Shown here in pieces: positions 44,127-54,760 of a DNA stretch of 64,000 nt. The notes under the pieces are model-generated. The model worked only from the letters and a program-made list of their open reading frames with translations, had not been told where the DNA came from and made no database searches. Source of the DNA: an uncultured virus (IMG/VR IMGVR_UViG_3300013981_000002) (taxonomy: Duplodnaviria; Heunggongvirae; Uroviricota; Caudoviricetes; Autographiviridae). The DNA lies in the IMG/VR virus record IMGVR_UViG_3300013981_000002; one strand, written 5' to 3'. The translations under genes and the position numbers were made by a program. Position 1 is the stretch's first letter, and each line of letters opens with the position of its first letter.

Positions 44127-46900
44127 CAGGCACCTCCCCGCAGCTCTGCGACTTCCTTACGGAGCGCCTGCACCTCGGCAATCAGGAACGGCACGGCCTT
44201 GTCCCACAGGATCGTCTTGATCCCGTTATGCTCGGACTCGTAGACCATGTACGGCAGAACCTCCTCGACTTCCTGCGCGATTGCGCCGTACTCGTGCTTG
44301 GCCGAGTAGGTGAAGCCGGGGTTCAGCTCCTTGATCCGTTCGTCGTTCCAATCGAACTCCCGCACTCGGAACTTCGAGAAGAAGTCGTCGACCGCAGTTC
44401 GCGCGATGGGCGCGATGTTCTCCTTGAGACGGGCGTCCGAAGCGTAGGAAATGCTGTTGCTCTGACACTGCCAGTCGTTGTTATTGTTGCGGAAGCAGGC
44501 CCAGGCGAAACTGTTAGACGCGAGGAAGCCCAGGTTGTTGTCGTTACAGTGGAGCCAGTGAGTCGTTCCGAGATCGGTGTCGTAGAAGGTAATGGTCGGG
44601 GAGGTGCTTTCCAGGCGGAGGTCGCCGTCCGCACCGCCGCCCGACGAGATCAACACGCGCTTGCTGCCGTAGCTGCGGATGTACGAATTGTCTTGCATGA
44701 ACCAGCCGCCGCCATGCGGCTCCGAGTACCAGCCGGTGCCGGATTGCTGCGAGCGGAACCAGCCCGCGTTGAGGTAAATCTGATCGCCAGCCGTCAGGCG
44801 GCCCGCGATATTCGCAGCGCCGTTCCAGTACAGGTTGTACCAGCTGTTCGTGTTCACGCGGGTGATCGAGCAGACGTCATCGCCAGCGCCGTTCGTTCCG
44901 TGGATGTACACGGTTCCCGCTGCACCCATGCCGGTCAACCGCAGAGGCGCGGAGTAGGCCAGAGTGACCTGTCCGGTGAAGGTTGCGCCGCCCAGGCTCG
45001 CCTTGCCGTCGAGCGCAGCTTGGAGGCCCGTGACGTTGGCAATGGTGTGCGTGTGGCTCACGTCTGCCTTGCTGGCGGGGTTGAAGGTGCCCGAGTGCCA
45101 AACAGCGTTGCCGTTGATCTTGATCGCGGCCTTGGCCGGATCGATCTCGATCACGTTGTTGGTCTGCGCCGCTGCGATCTGGAACCTCTTGGCACCAGTG
45201 TTGTCATACAGCTGGAGAACGGTCTCAGCGGCCGTGCCCACCTGCTTAAACGACCACGAGCGTTCGCTGTTGAACGTGAGTAGGTCGTTGCCGTCCCCCG
45301 CAGAACCAACGCCGACAGGTCCAGTGAAGTTCGCCCCGGACAGGTTCGCCTTCGCGTCCAGCGCCGCTTGCAGGCCCGTGACGTTGGCGATGGTGTGCGA
45401 GTGCGACGCCGCGGCCTTACCGTCGAGCGCAGCCTGGAGGCCGGTCACGTTGGCGATGGAGTGCGTGTGCGACGCCGCCGCCTTGCCGTCGAGCGCCGCC
45501 TGCGTCGCGGTGCTGATCGGCTTGTCGAGGTCGGCGGTGTTGTCCACCTTGTCGAGGCCGACCTGCGCCTTGGTGTGCGTGTGGGTGCTCGGCGGGTAGG
45601 TCGTCGGCTTGCCGGTGACGTGGGTGTTGAAGTCCACGTCGTTGCGGGTCGCCAGCGCGCCCAGCCCGCCGATGTCGCCAGCCACGAGGGTCACGTCGCC
45701 CTGCTTCCCGGCGACGCTGGTTACCTGATCGGTGTTGTCGATCTTCTCCCAGGTAGCGCCGTAGAGCGCCTGGTCGCCGACTCGCCAGTGGATGTCCCCC
45801 ACGGTGCCTTCGCCGACGACCTTGTAGAAGTGACCCTTCACGGGGTTCGCCGGGAATGCCCCGGTGCTCGCGTCCCACGACCCCATGTAGATCAGGGAGC
45901 CGGTAGCCGCAGCCTGAGCCTGGGCGGCCCAATGCTTCGCCGAGAACTCGCCCGGCGAAACCTCGGTGCCCTGGGGAGCGTTCGCGTACAGGTTCGCCTT
46001 GTCGCGGGCAGCCTCGGCAGCGGTCTTGGCCGACGATGCGGTCTGCGCTGAGGTGGAGGCGGCCGACGCCGAGCCGGACGCTGCGGAGGCATGGCCGGCC
46101 GCGGTTACCGCCGAACCAGCCGCTTCGCTGGCCTTGGTGGTGGCGATGGACGCCTGGGCTTCCGCCCGGTTGGCCTGGGAGGTTGCGCTGGTCACCGAGG
46201 CGGCAGCAGCGGTTGCGCTGCCAGCTGCGGCGGTCTTGGAGGCGGCGGCCGACTGCGCGTCTGCCTCCACCAGGTCTGCCAGGTCCGTCATTTCCACCAG
46301 CACGGCCGCCGAAGCGGCGCGCGAAGCGTCAGCAGCGTTCGCCGCCGCCCTAGCCTGCGACATCGAGTCACCGGCCGAGGCGGCAGAGGCCGACGCTGCC
46401 TGCGAGGATGCTGCGGCATCAACGGCCGAAGCACCGGCCTCGGCTGCCTTGGTTGCCGCCGCAGACGCCGATGCGCTTGCTTCGCCAGCCTTTGCGACAG
46501 CGGTAGCCGCCGCTTCGGCCGAGGCGATAACGTCGTCCTCGATGCTGGCAGCAGATTCCGCAGCCCGCACGGCGGACGCCTCGGCGGCGTCGGAGAAGCC
46601 CAGGGCTTCACTGGCAGACTCGGCCGCTGCGTTCGCCATGCCGGTTGCCACGGACACCAGGTCGCGTACCTGCACGACCGAGCCGGTCAGCTCGTCGGTC
46701 ATTGCCGTCACGTCCTTCTGGAGCTGCGGGAACGACGGTAGCGTGTGGTTGACGCCGAGGCCGTCCGTGACAACGACAGTGCCTTCGTCCTGCGTCAGCA
46801 GCGAGATCATCTGATTCTCGCGGGTATTCCAGCGGTCAACTACTTTCGACAGGCGAGAGGCCAGTTCCGAGTTGGAGACGTAACCGGGATTGTTGCTCAT
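44126..46900 (-). CDS. Tail fibre with Ala/Ser-rich shaft, His-x-His repeats and C-terminal peptidase S74 chaperone
   Basis: HTHSIANVTGLQAALDGK repeats; SDARLKENI...GAIAQEV. Confidence 0.9.
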   Translation of the reverse strand: MSNNPGYVSNSELASRLSKVVDRWNTRENQMISLLTQDEGTVVVTDGLGVNHTLPSFPQLQKDVTAMTDELTGSVVQVRDLVSVATGMANAAAESASEALGFSDAAEASAVRAAESAASIEDDVIASAEAAATAVAKAGEASASASAAATKAAEAGASAVDAAASSQAASASAASAGDSMSQARAAANAADASRAASAAVLVEMTDLADLVEADAQSAAASKTAAAGSATAAAASVTSATSQANRAEAQASIATTKASEAAGSAVTAAGHASAASGSASAASTSAQTASSAKTAAEAARDKANLYANAPQGTEVSPGEFSAKHWAAQAQAAATGSLIYMGSWDASTGAFPANPVKGHFYKVVGEGTVGDIHWRVGDQALYGATWEKIDNTDQVTSVAGKQGDVTLVAGDIGGLGALATRNDVDFNTHVTGKPTTYPPSTHTHTKAQVGLDKVDNTADLDKPISTATQAALDGKAAASHTHSIANVTGLQAALDGKAAASHSHTIANVTGLQAALDAKANLSGANFTGPVGVGSAGDGNDLLTFNSERSWSFKQVGTAAETVLQLYDNTGAKRFQIAAAQTNNVIEIDPAKAAIKINGNAVWHSGTFNPASKADVSHTHTIANVTGLQAALDGKASLGGATFTGQVTLAYSAPLRLTGMGAAGTVYIHGTNGAGDDVCSITRVNTNSWYNLYWNGAANIAGRLTAGDQIYLNAGWFRSQQSGTGWYSEPHGGGWFMQDNSYIRSYGSKRVLISSGGGADGDLRLESTSPTITFYDTDLGTTHWLHCNDNNLGFLASNSFAWACFRNNNNDWQCQSNSISYASDARLKENIAPIARTAVDDFFSKFRVREFDWNDERIKELNPGFTYSAKHEYGAIAQEVEEVLPYMVYESEHNGIKTILWDKAVPFLIAEVQALRKEVAELRGGA

Positions 46901-46924
46901 GCGTTTGAGGATTTTCTATGTTGG

Positions 46925-49372
46925 TTAGCGAATGCCGAATACGTAGCCGCGAACCGAGCGGACGATTCCGTTCTTACGCAGGCTGTCGAGGTCTTGAACA
47001 ATCAGAAGGCGAAACTCGGACTCGGAGCCGGTCTGATAACCGGCGCCGCTGATCTGCCCGTAGCGGCCCATAGGGATCGCGGTCGATCCGGACGAGTAGA
47101 TGCCGTCCATGCCCGCGCGGGTGACGTCGAGCCAGACGGAGCCGACACGCTGCTGTAGTACGTACACAGGGCAGTAGGCTTGGTCGTGGACGATACTGAG
47201 GTTGATTGCCGGGATGTGCTGCTCCCCGGCAAGCAGCGGCGCAGGAAGCCAGAAGCGCATCACCTCGACTTCCTCGCGCGGGCCACCAAGGTTGACTGCA
47301 CCAGACCAAGTGATTGCTGCGGCGGCCTGGAACTGACCGACGACATTGGGCGCGTTGACCTTGCCCCGGAAGAATGCACCACCGCCTCGATCCACATAGA
47401 AGACAGCATTGTTGGCGGTCTTCACGCCGGAGCCGATCCAGAGGGGCCAGTCGCCCAGGTTGGAGATTTCGACCCGGAACTCAGCCGCGTTAATGACGTT
47501 GCCGTTTCCGTCGAGCGAGTGGGTCTTGAAGGTGCCGCCGTTAATCGTGCCAGCGTTCGCGGTGAGTGCCGACAGGCTGTTCACTCTGAGCTTGTCCGCA
47601 GTGATGGTTCCATCCACGACGAGGGCGCCTTGGATGCCTACGGTGGACTGGCCGCCCACGCTGCCAATCACGAACGGGTACTTCACGCTCGCCAGGTTGC
47701 CGCCCTGAGTGTACTGCGGGTGGACGAAGGCGAAGCGGTCGGCCGTGACGATGAAGTCGCTGCCCGTCGCAGGATTCGCTGACAGGGCAATACCTGCTAC
47801 GACAGGGACGCCGTTGACAGTGCCTGCGTTGATCTTGACCGAGTAGTTCGCCTGCCACTGCCCGTACATGCCAGCGTGTTCGCCTGCGACGACGGAGAAG
47901 TTCTGCTGGAGCGTGGCGAATGCGCCGTCCTTGAACGCCTGCACCTGGGTGCTTGCGATGGACTGTGCCTGCTCTGCGGTGATCTTGGTGGACTGGAGCT
48001 GCTGCACCAGCGCACCGGTCGGTGACGTGGTGTCGATGTCGGCCTTGCGCCAGCTCGTGCCGTCCCAAACGTGGGTCAGGTACGCGCCGGTCTGACCGGT
48101 CTTGATCCAGAACGTCGGGACCTTGAAGCCGCCAGCGGGAGCCGTGGGCTGCGTCTCGGAGAAGATCGTCGGTGCGGTGGTCGTCTGGAGCGTGGACACC
48201 TGGGTTGCCAGGGCCTCGCGCGCGGACGCCTCAGTGTCGATGCGCTGCTCGAAAGCAGCCGACACGGCGGCCACCTGGCCGTCGATCTCGTTGGCGATGC
48301 CCTGCGGGACGTTCGCCCCGTAGCTGGCCGCCATCTGCTGCCGGAATGCCGTGTTGGCACCCTCGGCGGTCGTCAGGGCTTCCGTGGTCTGCGCCAGGCC
48401 AGCGATGTTCTCGCCGTGCTGGACCACTGCGGTCTCCACGTCGGAGACGCGCGCCTTCGTGGCGTCCACCTCGACCATCACGGCGTCGCGCATTTGCACC
48501 ACGCTGTCGTCGATCTGTGCGCCGAGGCGTTGCTCGGTGGCCGCGCGGGCTTCCTCGGTGGTGGATTCCACCTCGTCGATCCGCTGGTTGAGCGCTGCGG
48601 ACACGACCTCGCCGTTCTGGACGATCTGAGCTTGCAGCTCGGTCAGCGCCTCGACACGCGCCGAGGTCTCGTCTGCGATGGCCCGGTTGACCTCCAGGAA
48701 CTGAGCCTGGTTGCTCCGCTCGCTGGTATCGACACGCGCGAACAGGTCGATGACCTGCTGGGCGATGACGCGGTTGCCCTCGGTCAGCAGCCCGATCTCG
48801 TGGGTTGCCGTGCTGATCTTGTCGCCGTAGTCGCGCTGCACGTCGAAGAACTCGTGCGAGCGCATGATCTCCTCCAGGATCGCCTCGGCGTTCATGTCGA
48901 TCAGCTCGATGCGCGTCAGGAGGTCCTGGAGTGCGGGAGAGCGGAGGAGCTGCTCGATGATTGCGTTGAGGTCCGAGGAGCCACCGCCGTTGCCGGGGGT
49001 GCCACCGGGGAGGCCGCTACCGCCACCGAACTCGGCGAGTTCTTGGTGTGCGTACAGCAGTTGGCGGAACGACTTGGACAAGTCGCGCGCCGGGAGGTTT
49101 GCGCCTTCCTTGTAGTTGACCAGGAGGGCGTCAATCGGCGTGAATCGCCGGATGGTCACAGTGTAGGGTGCGTCGAGCACGCCATCCTGCGACGGAATCT
49201 CGATGGTGCTGGCGTCCACCCACGACACGGAGACAGCGCGGGCCGCGTCCGGTTCACCGACGAACGCCCGGATGTGTTCGCGGGCGATGTACGGGAACGG
49301 CACGGTGAACCGCGTAGGGCCTCCCTCGTAGGTGTAGAGCACGAAGGAAAGGCCGCGCGATAGTTCGATCAT
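46925..49372 (-). CDS. Tail fibre with T7 gp17-type N-terminal anchor and DUF1983-like module
   Basis: FTVPFPYI..IRRFTP..DL....QLLYAHQE; YSVKI..VAGIAL..DFIVTADRFA..VDGTITADK. Confidence 0.88.
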   Translation of the reverse strand: MIELSRGLSFVLYTYEGGPTRFTVPFPYIAREHIRAFVGEPDAARAVSVSWVDASTIEIPSQDGVLDAPYTVTIRRFTPIDALLVNYKEGANLPARDLSKSFRQLLYAHQELAEFGGGSGLPGGTPGNGGGSSDLNAIIEQLLRSPALQDLLTRIELIDMNAEAILEEIMRSHEFFDVQRDYGDKISTATHEIGLLTEGNRVIAQQVIDLFARVDTSERSNQAQFLEVNRAIADETSARVEALTELQAQIVQNGEVVSAALNQRIDEVESTTEEARAATEQRLGAQIDDSVVQMRDAVMVEVDATKARVSDVETAVVQHGENIAGLAQTTEALTTAEGANTAFRQQMAASYGANVPQGIANEIDGQVAAVSAAFEQRIDTEASAREALATQVSTLQTTTAPTIFSETQPTAPAGGFKVPTFWIKTGQTGAYLTHVWDGTSWRKADIDTTSPTGALVQQLQSTKITAEQAQSIASTQVQAFKDGAFATLQQNFSVVAGEHAGMYGQWQANYSVKINAGTVNGVPVVAGIALSANPATGSDFIVTADRFAFVHPQYTQGGNLASVKYPFVIGSVGGQSTVGIQGALVVDGTITADKLRVNSLSALTANAGTINGGTFKTHSLDGNGNVINAAEFRVEISNLGDWPLWIGSGVKTANNAVFYVDRGGGAFFRGKVNAPNVVGQFQAAAAITWSGAVNLGGPREEVEVMRFWLPAPLLAGEQHIPAINLSIVHDQAYCPVYVLQQRVGSVWLDVTRAGMDGIYSSGSTAIPMGRYGQISGAGYQTGSESEFRLLIVQDLDSLRKNGIVRSVRGYVFGIR

Positions 49373-49380
49373 GCGTTCTC

Positions 49381-49408
49381 AAAAAGGTGGAGGCCCCGAA
49401 GGGCCTCC
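49381..49408 (-). terminator. Hairpin/terminator between internal protein and fibre genes
   Basis: GGAGGCCC-TTCG-GGGCCTCC-accTTTTT. Confidence 0.7.
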
Positions 49409-49411
49409 TGG

Positions 49412-52400
49412 TTACGGTCGATCAGTCCCGTCCTTGCGGTCTGGGAACTGCTGTAGGGCTTGATCCGCGATGTTGCGGACGCCCGTCATGTTGTTGAACC
49501 ACCAAATCTTCCAGAAGTCTCGCATCTGCTTCTCGGTGATCTCCTCGTCGTCGCGGATGGCCGAGCCGATCATCCGCGTGCTGCCGTAGACCTTGTTGAA
49601 CAGGTCGATGGACGGGATGCCCATCACGCCGTTCTCCAGGCCGGTCGAGCGGTTGTTGGCGAACACCGGGTCGTTGCCCAAGGCGTCCGCCCACACTGCG
49701 TCGGTGACGGCGGGGATCACGTTCGACCAGCTCGATTGCGCGACAGCGTTCTTGTAGAAGTTCTCCTGTGTCAGCTGCTTCTTTCGCTGTTCGGGGTTGC
49801 CCGCAGTGTTGATGTACGTGCGAGCCGCCCAGCCCATGCCTGCTGCCGAGGTGGACAGCACGACCATTGCGTAGGTGCGCCAGTCGTCGTAGTGGTGGAC
49901 GGAGTTCAGGAAGTGGCGGGTGTAGCTGTTGACCATGAAGCTGCGGAACTGCGTGACGATGCGGCCGGTGGTGGAGTGCATCAGCTCGATGCTGTCCGAG
50001 GCGTCACCTTCGAGAACCTGGTGTCGCGTCACGCGGAACAGGAAGGCCGCCATCCGCTCGCGCGTCTGGAACGGCAGCTTGTCCGGGTCGATCTGCTCGA
50101 TCTGCCGTTTGCCTTTGAGGTAGCCGAACACGTCGGCCTGGGCCTTCTCGTCGAGGCCCCAGGTGCGCAGGCGGGCCACTTCGGCGTCCGACAGCTTCTT
50201 GGCGTTCGCCATGTCCAGCAGCCGCAGCAGCGTGGCGCGACCGGCGATGCGTTGGAGCATCGTGTTGATCGGGGCCATGCCGGATGCGACCGAGGTGACG
50301 TGCGTCGCCATGTTCATCGCGTTGTCGATCTTCTCGCCGTGCTTGACGTTGAACGTCTGCGGCACGAGCGCGTCCTCGTCCAGACGCAGGAACGGCGGGT
50401 TGCGCAGCCAGTCGGTGCCGGGTGCGAACAGCCGCTCCATCACGCGCGCCTCCTGCGAGGACAGCTTGCCGTCAGCACCACGCACCAGGAAGTCGCGTGC
50501 GGCACCCACGGAGTTCCAGAAGTTGCGGAGACCGGCATGCGCGATGGTCGGGCCAAGCTCGGCGAACAGCGAGAAGCCGACCTGGTTCATCACGCGGGCG
50601 AAGTTCCAGTTGCGCAGGAACCGCGCGTAGCGTGCGCCACGGCTGGCGGGATCGAGTTCGGTGCTGCGGCCGAAGGTGGACTTGAGGCCGATGTCGATCA
50701 GGCGCTCGATGTCCTTCACGTCGTCGCCGGACTTGCGGGCGTCGCTCTTGAGCTTTGACACGAAGCGGTCCAGCTGTGCTCGGTTCTTGATGCCAGCCTT
50801 AGACGACAGCGCCGACCAGCCGGTGATCTCGCGCATGTAGCGGGTCATCACCGAGTCCACGTCGTTGTCGAACAGGTCGGCCATCGAGACCTGCACGTCC
50901 TCGCCAGCTTCGTTGCGGATGGTGGTGGAGTAGGTCTCGTCGAGGTCGATGCGCTTCTTCGCGCGGTCGAGCTTGCCCGACTCGTAGGTCTTGCGGTCCA
51001 GCTTGGACAGCAGCTCTTGCGACCGCACGGGCGAGACGCCCGCCTCGGTCAGCATATTGCCGATCTCCTCGACCGAATCGCTGTCCAGCGGGCGGACCAG
51101 CAGGTCCATCCCGTCGCCCTCGAAGTTCGCCTGAGCGCGCTTGAGGTAGGAGCGTGCAACCGCACCGAGCAGCTCGTCGTCGATCTCGTCGCCTTCGTCG
51201 GCGACGGCCTCCCATGCGCGTCGCATGGCGGGCTTGATGAGCTGGTCGATCACGTCGTCCTGGTGGAGCTGCATTTCGCCGAACAGGCGCTTGAAGCCCT
51301 TGCCGCTCCAGTAGCGCGGCAGGTAGTTGCCGTTCTGCGCCACGTTGGCGAAGCCGTCGAGGTTGCTGTCCTGCGCCAGCTTGAGCGCATCCCGCATCGC
51401 CTTGGCGACGCTTCCAGCAGCCTTGGCGGCTTCCGGTGACACGTCCGGCGCGCCGCGCACGGCACGGCCGACCTCCTCGTTGAACTTGGCGCGCTCGGAG
51501 AAGTTCCACCAATGCGTGCCCGTCCGCTGCTTGTAGGCGTCCCACGCGGCGTTCACTCCGCTCCGCCATTCCGTCTCCATGACGGCCAGGTGGCGCTTGG
51601 CGAACTCGGTGGTGGACTCCTGGACCGCGACGGAGCGATCGGTGTAGCCGACGCCATCACGGAACAGCAGGCGGCCCGCCTCGCGCACCAGCGGCGACTT
51701 TGCGCTACCCATGCGGGCAGCAAGGTCGCGGCGGACGGTGGCGAAGTGGGGCGTGATGTGCGCGTTGACCAGCGCCTTGTCGGTGAACTCCTGCTCGAAT
51801 GCGCTTTCGTTGCGCAGCGGGAGGACGCCTGGCGTGGGATCGATGGCGGCGGTGCCTGCCACGCGGGCGGCGGACAGTGAGTCGTCACCGGCCAGCCGCT
51901 TCACCACGTCAGGCTTCACCTCGCCGTCGAACAGGGCACCCCGGCGAGCGCCAAGGGCACCACCGAACGCGAACGACAGGGCGGCGCTCTGCACGCCATC
52001 CGCGAGCGTCTGCTCGGGGTCGTAGGTGGAGGTTGCGGCCGACATCAGCGCGGAGGTGCCCGCAGCCTGTAGACCGGATCGCACCGCGTTGGCGAGGCGT
52101 CCGGCCTTGGCTGCGTACCCCAGGCCGCCCGTGGCGAGATCGAGGCCGGTTGCCACCGGGTCGGTGAAGCCGAGGGCGATCTGTCCGCCCAGGCCAAACT
52201 GCGCCAGGTCGTCGTCCGCCATCTGATTCATGAAGGCCACGGATTCCAGATAGGAGAGGTGCTCGTCGGACGTGGCCCGACCGAACAGCTCCCACTGCTC
52301 GGGGCGCAGGCCCATCGACTCCCAGCGCTTGCGCGCGTCTGCGGGAATGCGATAGCCCTGCTGCGGCTCGTAGCCCAGCTCGGTGATGAAGCGGTCGATG

Positions 52401-52576
52401 AAGCCGATGCCGCCCTTTGCCTGGGCAGCGCCCCATCCGTCCCATACGGTCGTCTGATCCTTCCGGCGCTGCGCGGCCTCTCGCTGCTCCTTGCGCTCGC
52501 GCACGGCTTGCACGATGGGCTGCTGGGTTGCCGGCTTGACGATGTTGTCGTCTGCGCCGGGTAGGGATTCAAACAT
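49412..52576 (-). CDS. Internal virion protein (T7 gp16-like)
   Basis: 1054 aa in gp16 position; NYLPRYW, TQFRSF. Confidence 0.8.
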   Translation of the reverse strand: MFESLPGADDNIVKPATQQPIVQAVRERKEQREAAQRRKDQTTVWDGWGAAQAKGGIGFIDRFITELGYEPQQGYRIPADARKRWESMGLRPEQWELFGRATSDEHLSYLESVAFMNQMADDDLAQFGLGGQIALGFTDPVATGLDLATGGLGYAAKAGRLANAVRSGLQAAGTSALMSAATSTYDPEQTLADGVQSAALSFAFGGALGARRGALFDGEVKPDVVKRLAGDDSLSAARVAGTAAIDPTPGVLPLRNESAFEQEFTDKALVNAHITPHFATVRRDLAARMGSAKSPLVREAGRLLFRDGVGYTDRSVAVQESTTEFAKRHLAVMETEWRSGVNAAWDAYKQRTGTHWWNFSERAKFNEEVGRAVRGAPDVSPEAAKAAGSVAKAMRDALKLAQDSNLDGFANVAQNGNYLPRYWSGKGFKRLFGEMQLHQDDVIDQLIKPAMRRAWEAVADEGDEIDDELLGAVARSYLKRAQANFEGDGMDLLVRPLDSDSVEEIGNMLTEAGVSPVRSQELLSKLDRKTYESGKLDRAKKRIDLDETYSTTIRNEAGEDVQVSMADLFDNDVDSVMTRYMREITGWSALSSKAGIKNRAQLDRFVSKLKSDARKSGDDVKDIERLIDIGLKSTFGRSTELDPASRGARYARFLRNWNFARVMNQVGFSLFAELGPTIAHAGLRNFWNSVGAARDFLVRGADGKLSSQEARVMERLFAPGTDWLRNPPFLRLDEDALVPQTFNVKHGEKIDNAMNMATHVTSVASGMAPINTMLQRIAGRATLLRLLDMANAKKLSDAEVARLRTWGLDEKAQADVFGYLKGKRQIEQIDPDKLPFQTRERMAAFLFRVTRHQVLEGDASDSIELMHSTTGRIVTQFRSFMVNSYTRHFLNSVHHYDDWRTYAMVVLSTSAAGMGWAARTYINTAGNPEQRKKQLTQENFYKNAVAQSSWSNVIPAVTDAVWADALGNDPVFANNRSTGLENGVMGIPSIDLFNKVYGSTRMIGSAIRDDEEITEKQMRDFWKIWWFNNMTGVRNIADQALQQFPDRKDGTDRP

Positions 52577-52582
52577 GCGGTC

Positions 52583-54757
52583 TTACTTCCTCGTCAGGTA
52601 CTCCAGGAAGTCCTCGGGGACTGCTGGGGTGGTGGTGGTTTGCTTGGTGCCCGCGTTGGGGACCAGCGGCTTGGTGAGGTCGAACTTCGGCAGCTCGAAG
52701 GCGGGAGCCTCGGCGGCGTTGGCGTCGCGCTTGGCGATGGCCGCGGGGACTTCCGTGGTCGCCGACTGCGAGCGCAGGTCGCGGATGTTCCGGGACTGAT
52801 CCGCCCAGGTGGTGCGCTGCTCGACCCGACGCCGCGCCTGGGATTCCGCAAGGTCTCCCTTCCAGCGCTGGTGCTGTGCCGCGATGGCGCGCGGGTCGAA
52901 ACCGATAGCGCGGCCGGTGTCCGGGTCAGGGATCAGCCAGTTGTCGGGGCCGACGATCTGCCACTGCCCCGGATTGCGGGGATTGGGCAGGGCCGACAGC
53001 TCATCCGGGTCGCGGCCGAGCTTGCGCGCGACCGTTTGGATCAGCTCGTCTACCGCTGGCTCGGCACCCTGCGGCATGCCGATGTTCGGCACGCGACGGC
53101 CATTGACGGTCGTGCGCTGGGCGTCGATCTGACCGACCGCCGCACGGATGGCAGCTTCGCCGGACACGCCCCCGCGAGAGGCGATGCGCTCGGCTTCCTG
53201 GCGGATGCGGTGCAGCTCACGCGGGTCGCGCGGCTTGCCGTCGATCTCCAGGTAGTCCTTGATACCGGACTTCCAGGTGTCGTTGATGACCGAGCGGGCC
53301 TCCTCGACTTCGCGCTTCGGTTGCGTCAGGACGCGAGCGGCCTCCTGGTGCGACTGACCGCTGCGCCGGGTGTCGTAGAGGTACTGGTCCAGCATCGCCG
53401 CAGCCTCGCCGCCAGCGACCGTATCAGCGTACTTGGGCGAGACCTTGCGGAGCTGTTCGTACAGCGTCGCGGCGTTCTGGAAGTTCTCCTGGAACGCCGG
53501 GTCGGCGCGCTTGAGGATGCGTTCGAGCTGAGGGATGACGATGCCCTGCCGTGCCCACTTCTGGAGCACCTGGCCGCGTGCGGCCTGCGGGGTTTCCTCC
53601 CACTCCTTACCGGCCTGCTTCTTGAGATCGGCGTCGCTGATCTCGTAGGGATTGCCTCCGGCGACCAGCTTGCGGATGCGCTCCTCGCGGGCGCGCTCCT
53701 TCGCTTCCTGCTCCCAGCGGCGAAGCGTCTGCTCCTGCTGGTTGTTCCAGTATCGCTTGAAGGACTGGAGGTCGCCACCGCTCAGGCCGAATTTACTGGC
53801 CCAGGTGTCGATGGTCTTGTGGGTGAGCTGGCCGCGATCCGCGAGGCCCTGGAGCGTCCACTCTGCCTCGGCCATCGCCTGCTTGCGTGCCTCGTCCTCG
53901 CGGTGTGCGATCACGCGGGCACCAGCGGCAGCCGCCGCGCGCAGCTCGTCGCCGTGCTCGGTGTTCATCAAGCCGGGCTGGCCGTCGCCGCGGTCCTGCT
54001 CCAGGAACGCCAGGATCGACTGAGGATCGCGGTTGCCTGCGGCCAGCTCCTCCTTGGCGGCCTCGACGTAGAGTTCGTCCACGTCGCGCTTGTTGAGATA
54101 GGCGTACTCCTCCTGGTCCAGCATCGCGTACAGGCCGTTCATGCCCTCGGAAGTGAGGAACGTGCCGCCCTTGATGCCGTCGCGGATGATCGCGGTCAGC
54201 GACTCCTTCTGCCGGACCAGCATTTCCCGCATCGAGTCGGCCTGCCACTGCTGGCGGACCTGCTGCGCGGCGCGCATGGCGACCGGCATCAGGGCCTTGC
54301 GGACCTGCGGGTCTTGGAACTCGGGGTTCTGCGTCAGCGCAGCCATCCGCTCCTTGATGAGCGGCTCGATGTCGGTGCCGGGTTCGGCCTTGGCGATCTC
54401 TTTGGCCGCTTCGATCTGCCAGTCGCGGACGCGGATGATGCCGTCTGCCTTGAGGTAGCCGCGACGCCATGACTCCGACTGCTGGGCAACGAAGTCCTCG
54501 GCCTGCCGGGGCGTACCCTCGGCGTCCTCCTGCATACGTTGGGTCGCCGCGGCGCTGTACTGCTCGCGGCTGTTTGAGATCATCTGCGAGTTGACGGAAT
54601 CCGAGACGCGCGTCAGCACCGCAGCGGCGGTGCGAGAGAGGACACCGGCACCAGCGGAGGACGCTTGGTCAGCCTGCACCGCCAGAACGGGGCGCTCGGC
54701 GAGACGCTGCGGCACCTGCGCGCGGCGGATGATCTCTTGGGGTTTCGTGCGAGCCAC
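52583..54757 (-). CDS. Internal virion protein (T7 gp15-like)
   Basis: 724 aa helical, synteny. Confidence 0.75.
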   Translation of the reverse strand: MARTKPQEIIRRAQVPQRLAERPVLAVQADQASSAGAGVLSRTAAAVLTRVSDSVNSQMISNSREQYSAAATQRMQEDAEGTPRQAEDFVAQQSESWRRGYLKADGIIRVRDWQIEAAKEIAKAEPGTDIEPLIKERMAALTQNPEFQDPQVRKALMPVAMRAAQQVRQQWQADSMREMLVRQKESLTAIIRDGIKGGTFLTSEGMNGLYAMLDQEEYAYLNKRDVDELYVEAAKEELAAGNRDPQSILAFLEQDRGDGQPGLMNTEHGDELRAAAAAGARVIAHREDEARKQAMAEAEWTLQGLADRGQLTHKTIDTWASKFGLSGGDLQSFKRYWNNQQEQTLRRWEQEAKERAREERIRKLVAGGNPYEISDADLKKQAGKEWEETPQAARGQVLQKWARQGIVIPQLERILKRADPAFQENFQNAATLYEQLRKVSPKYADTVAGGEAAAMLDQYLYDTRRSGQSHQEAARVLTQPKREVEEARSVINDTWKSGIKDYLEIDGKPRDPRELHRIRQEAERIASRGGVSGEAAIRAAVGQIDAQRTTVNGRRVPNIGMPQGAEPAVDELIQTVARKLGRDPDELSALPNPRNPGQWQIVGPDNWLIPDPDTGRAIGFDPRAIAAQHQRWKGDLAESQARRRVEQRTTWADQSRNIRDLRSQSATTEVPAAIAKRDANAAEAPAFELPKFDLTKPLVPNAGTKQTTTTPAVPEDFLEYLTRK

Positions 54758-54760
54758 GGG

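Noticed and set aside
45000..46620. Ala/Ser-rich and HTH..GLQAALDGK repeats as a novel repeat element
   Set aside because: Ordinary coding repeats of phage tail fibres
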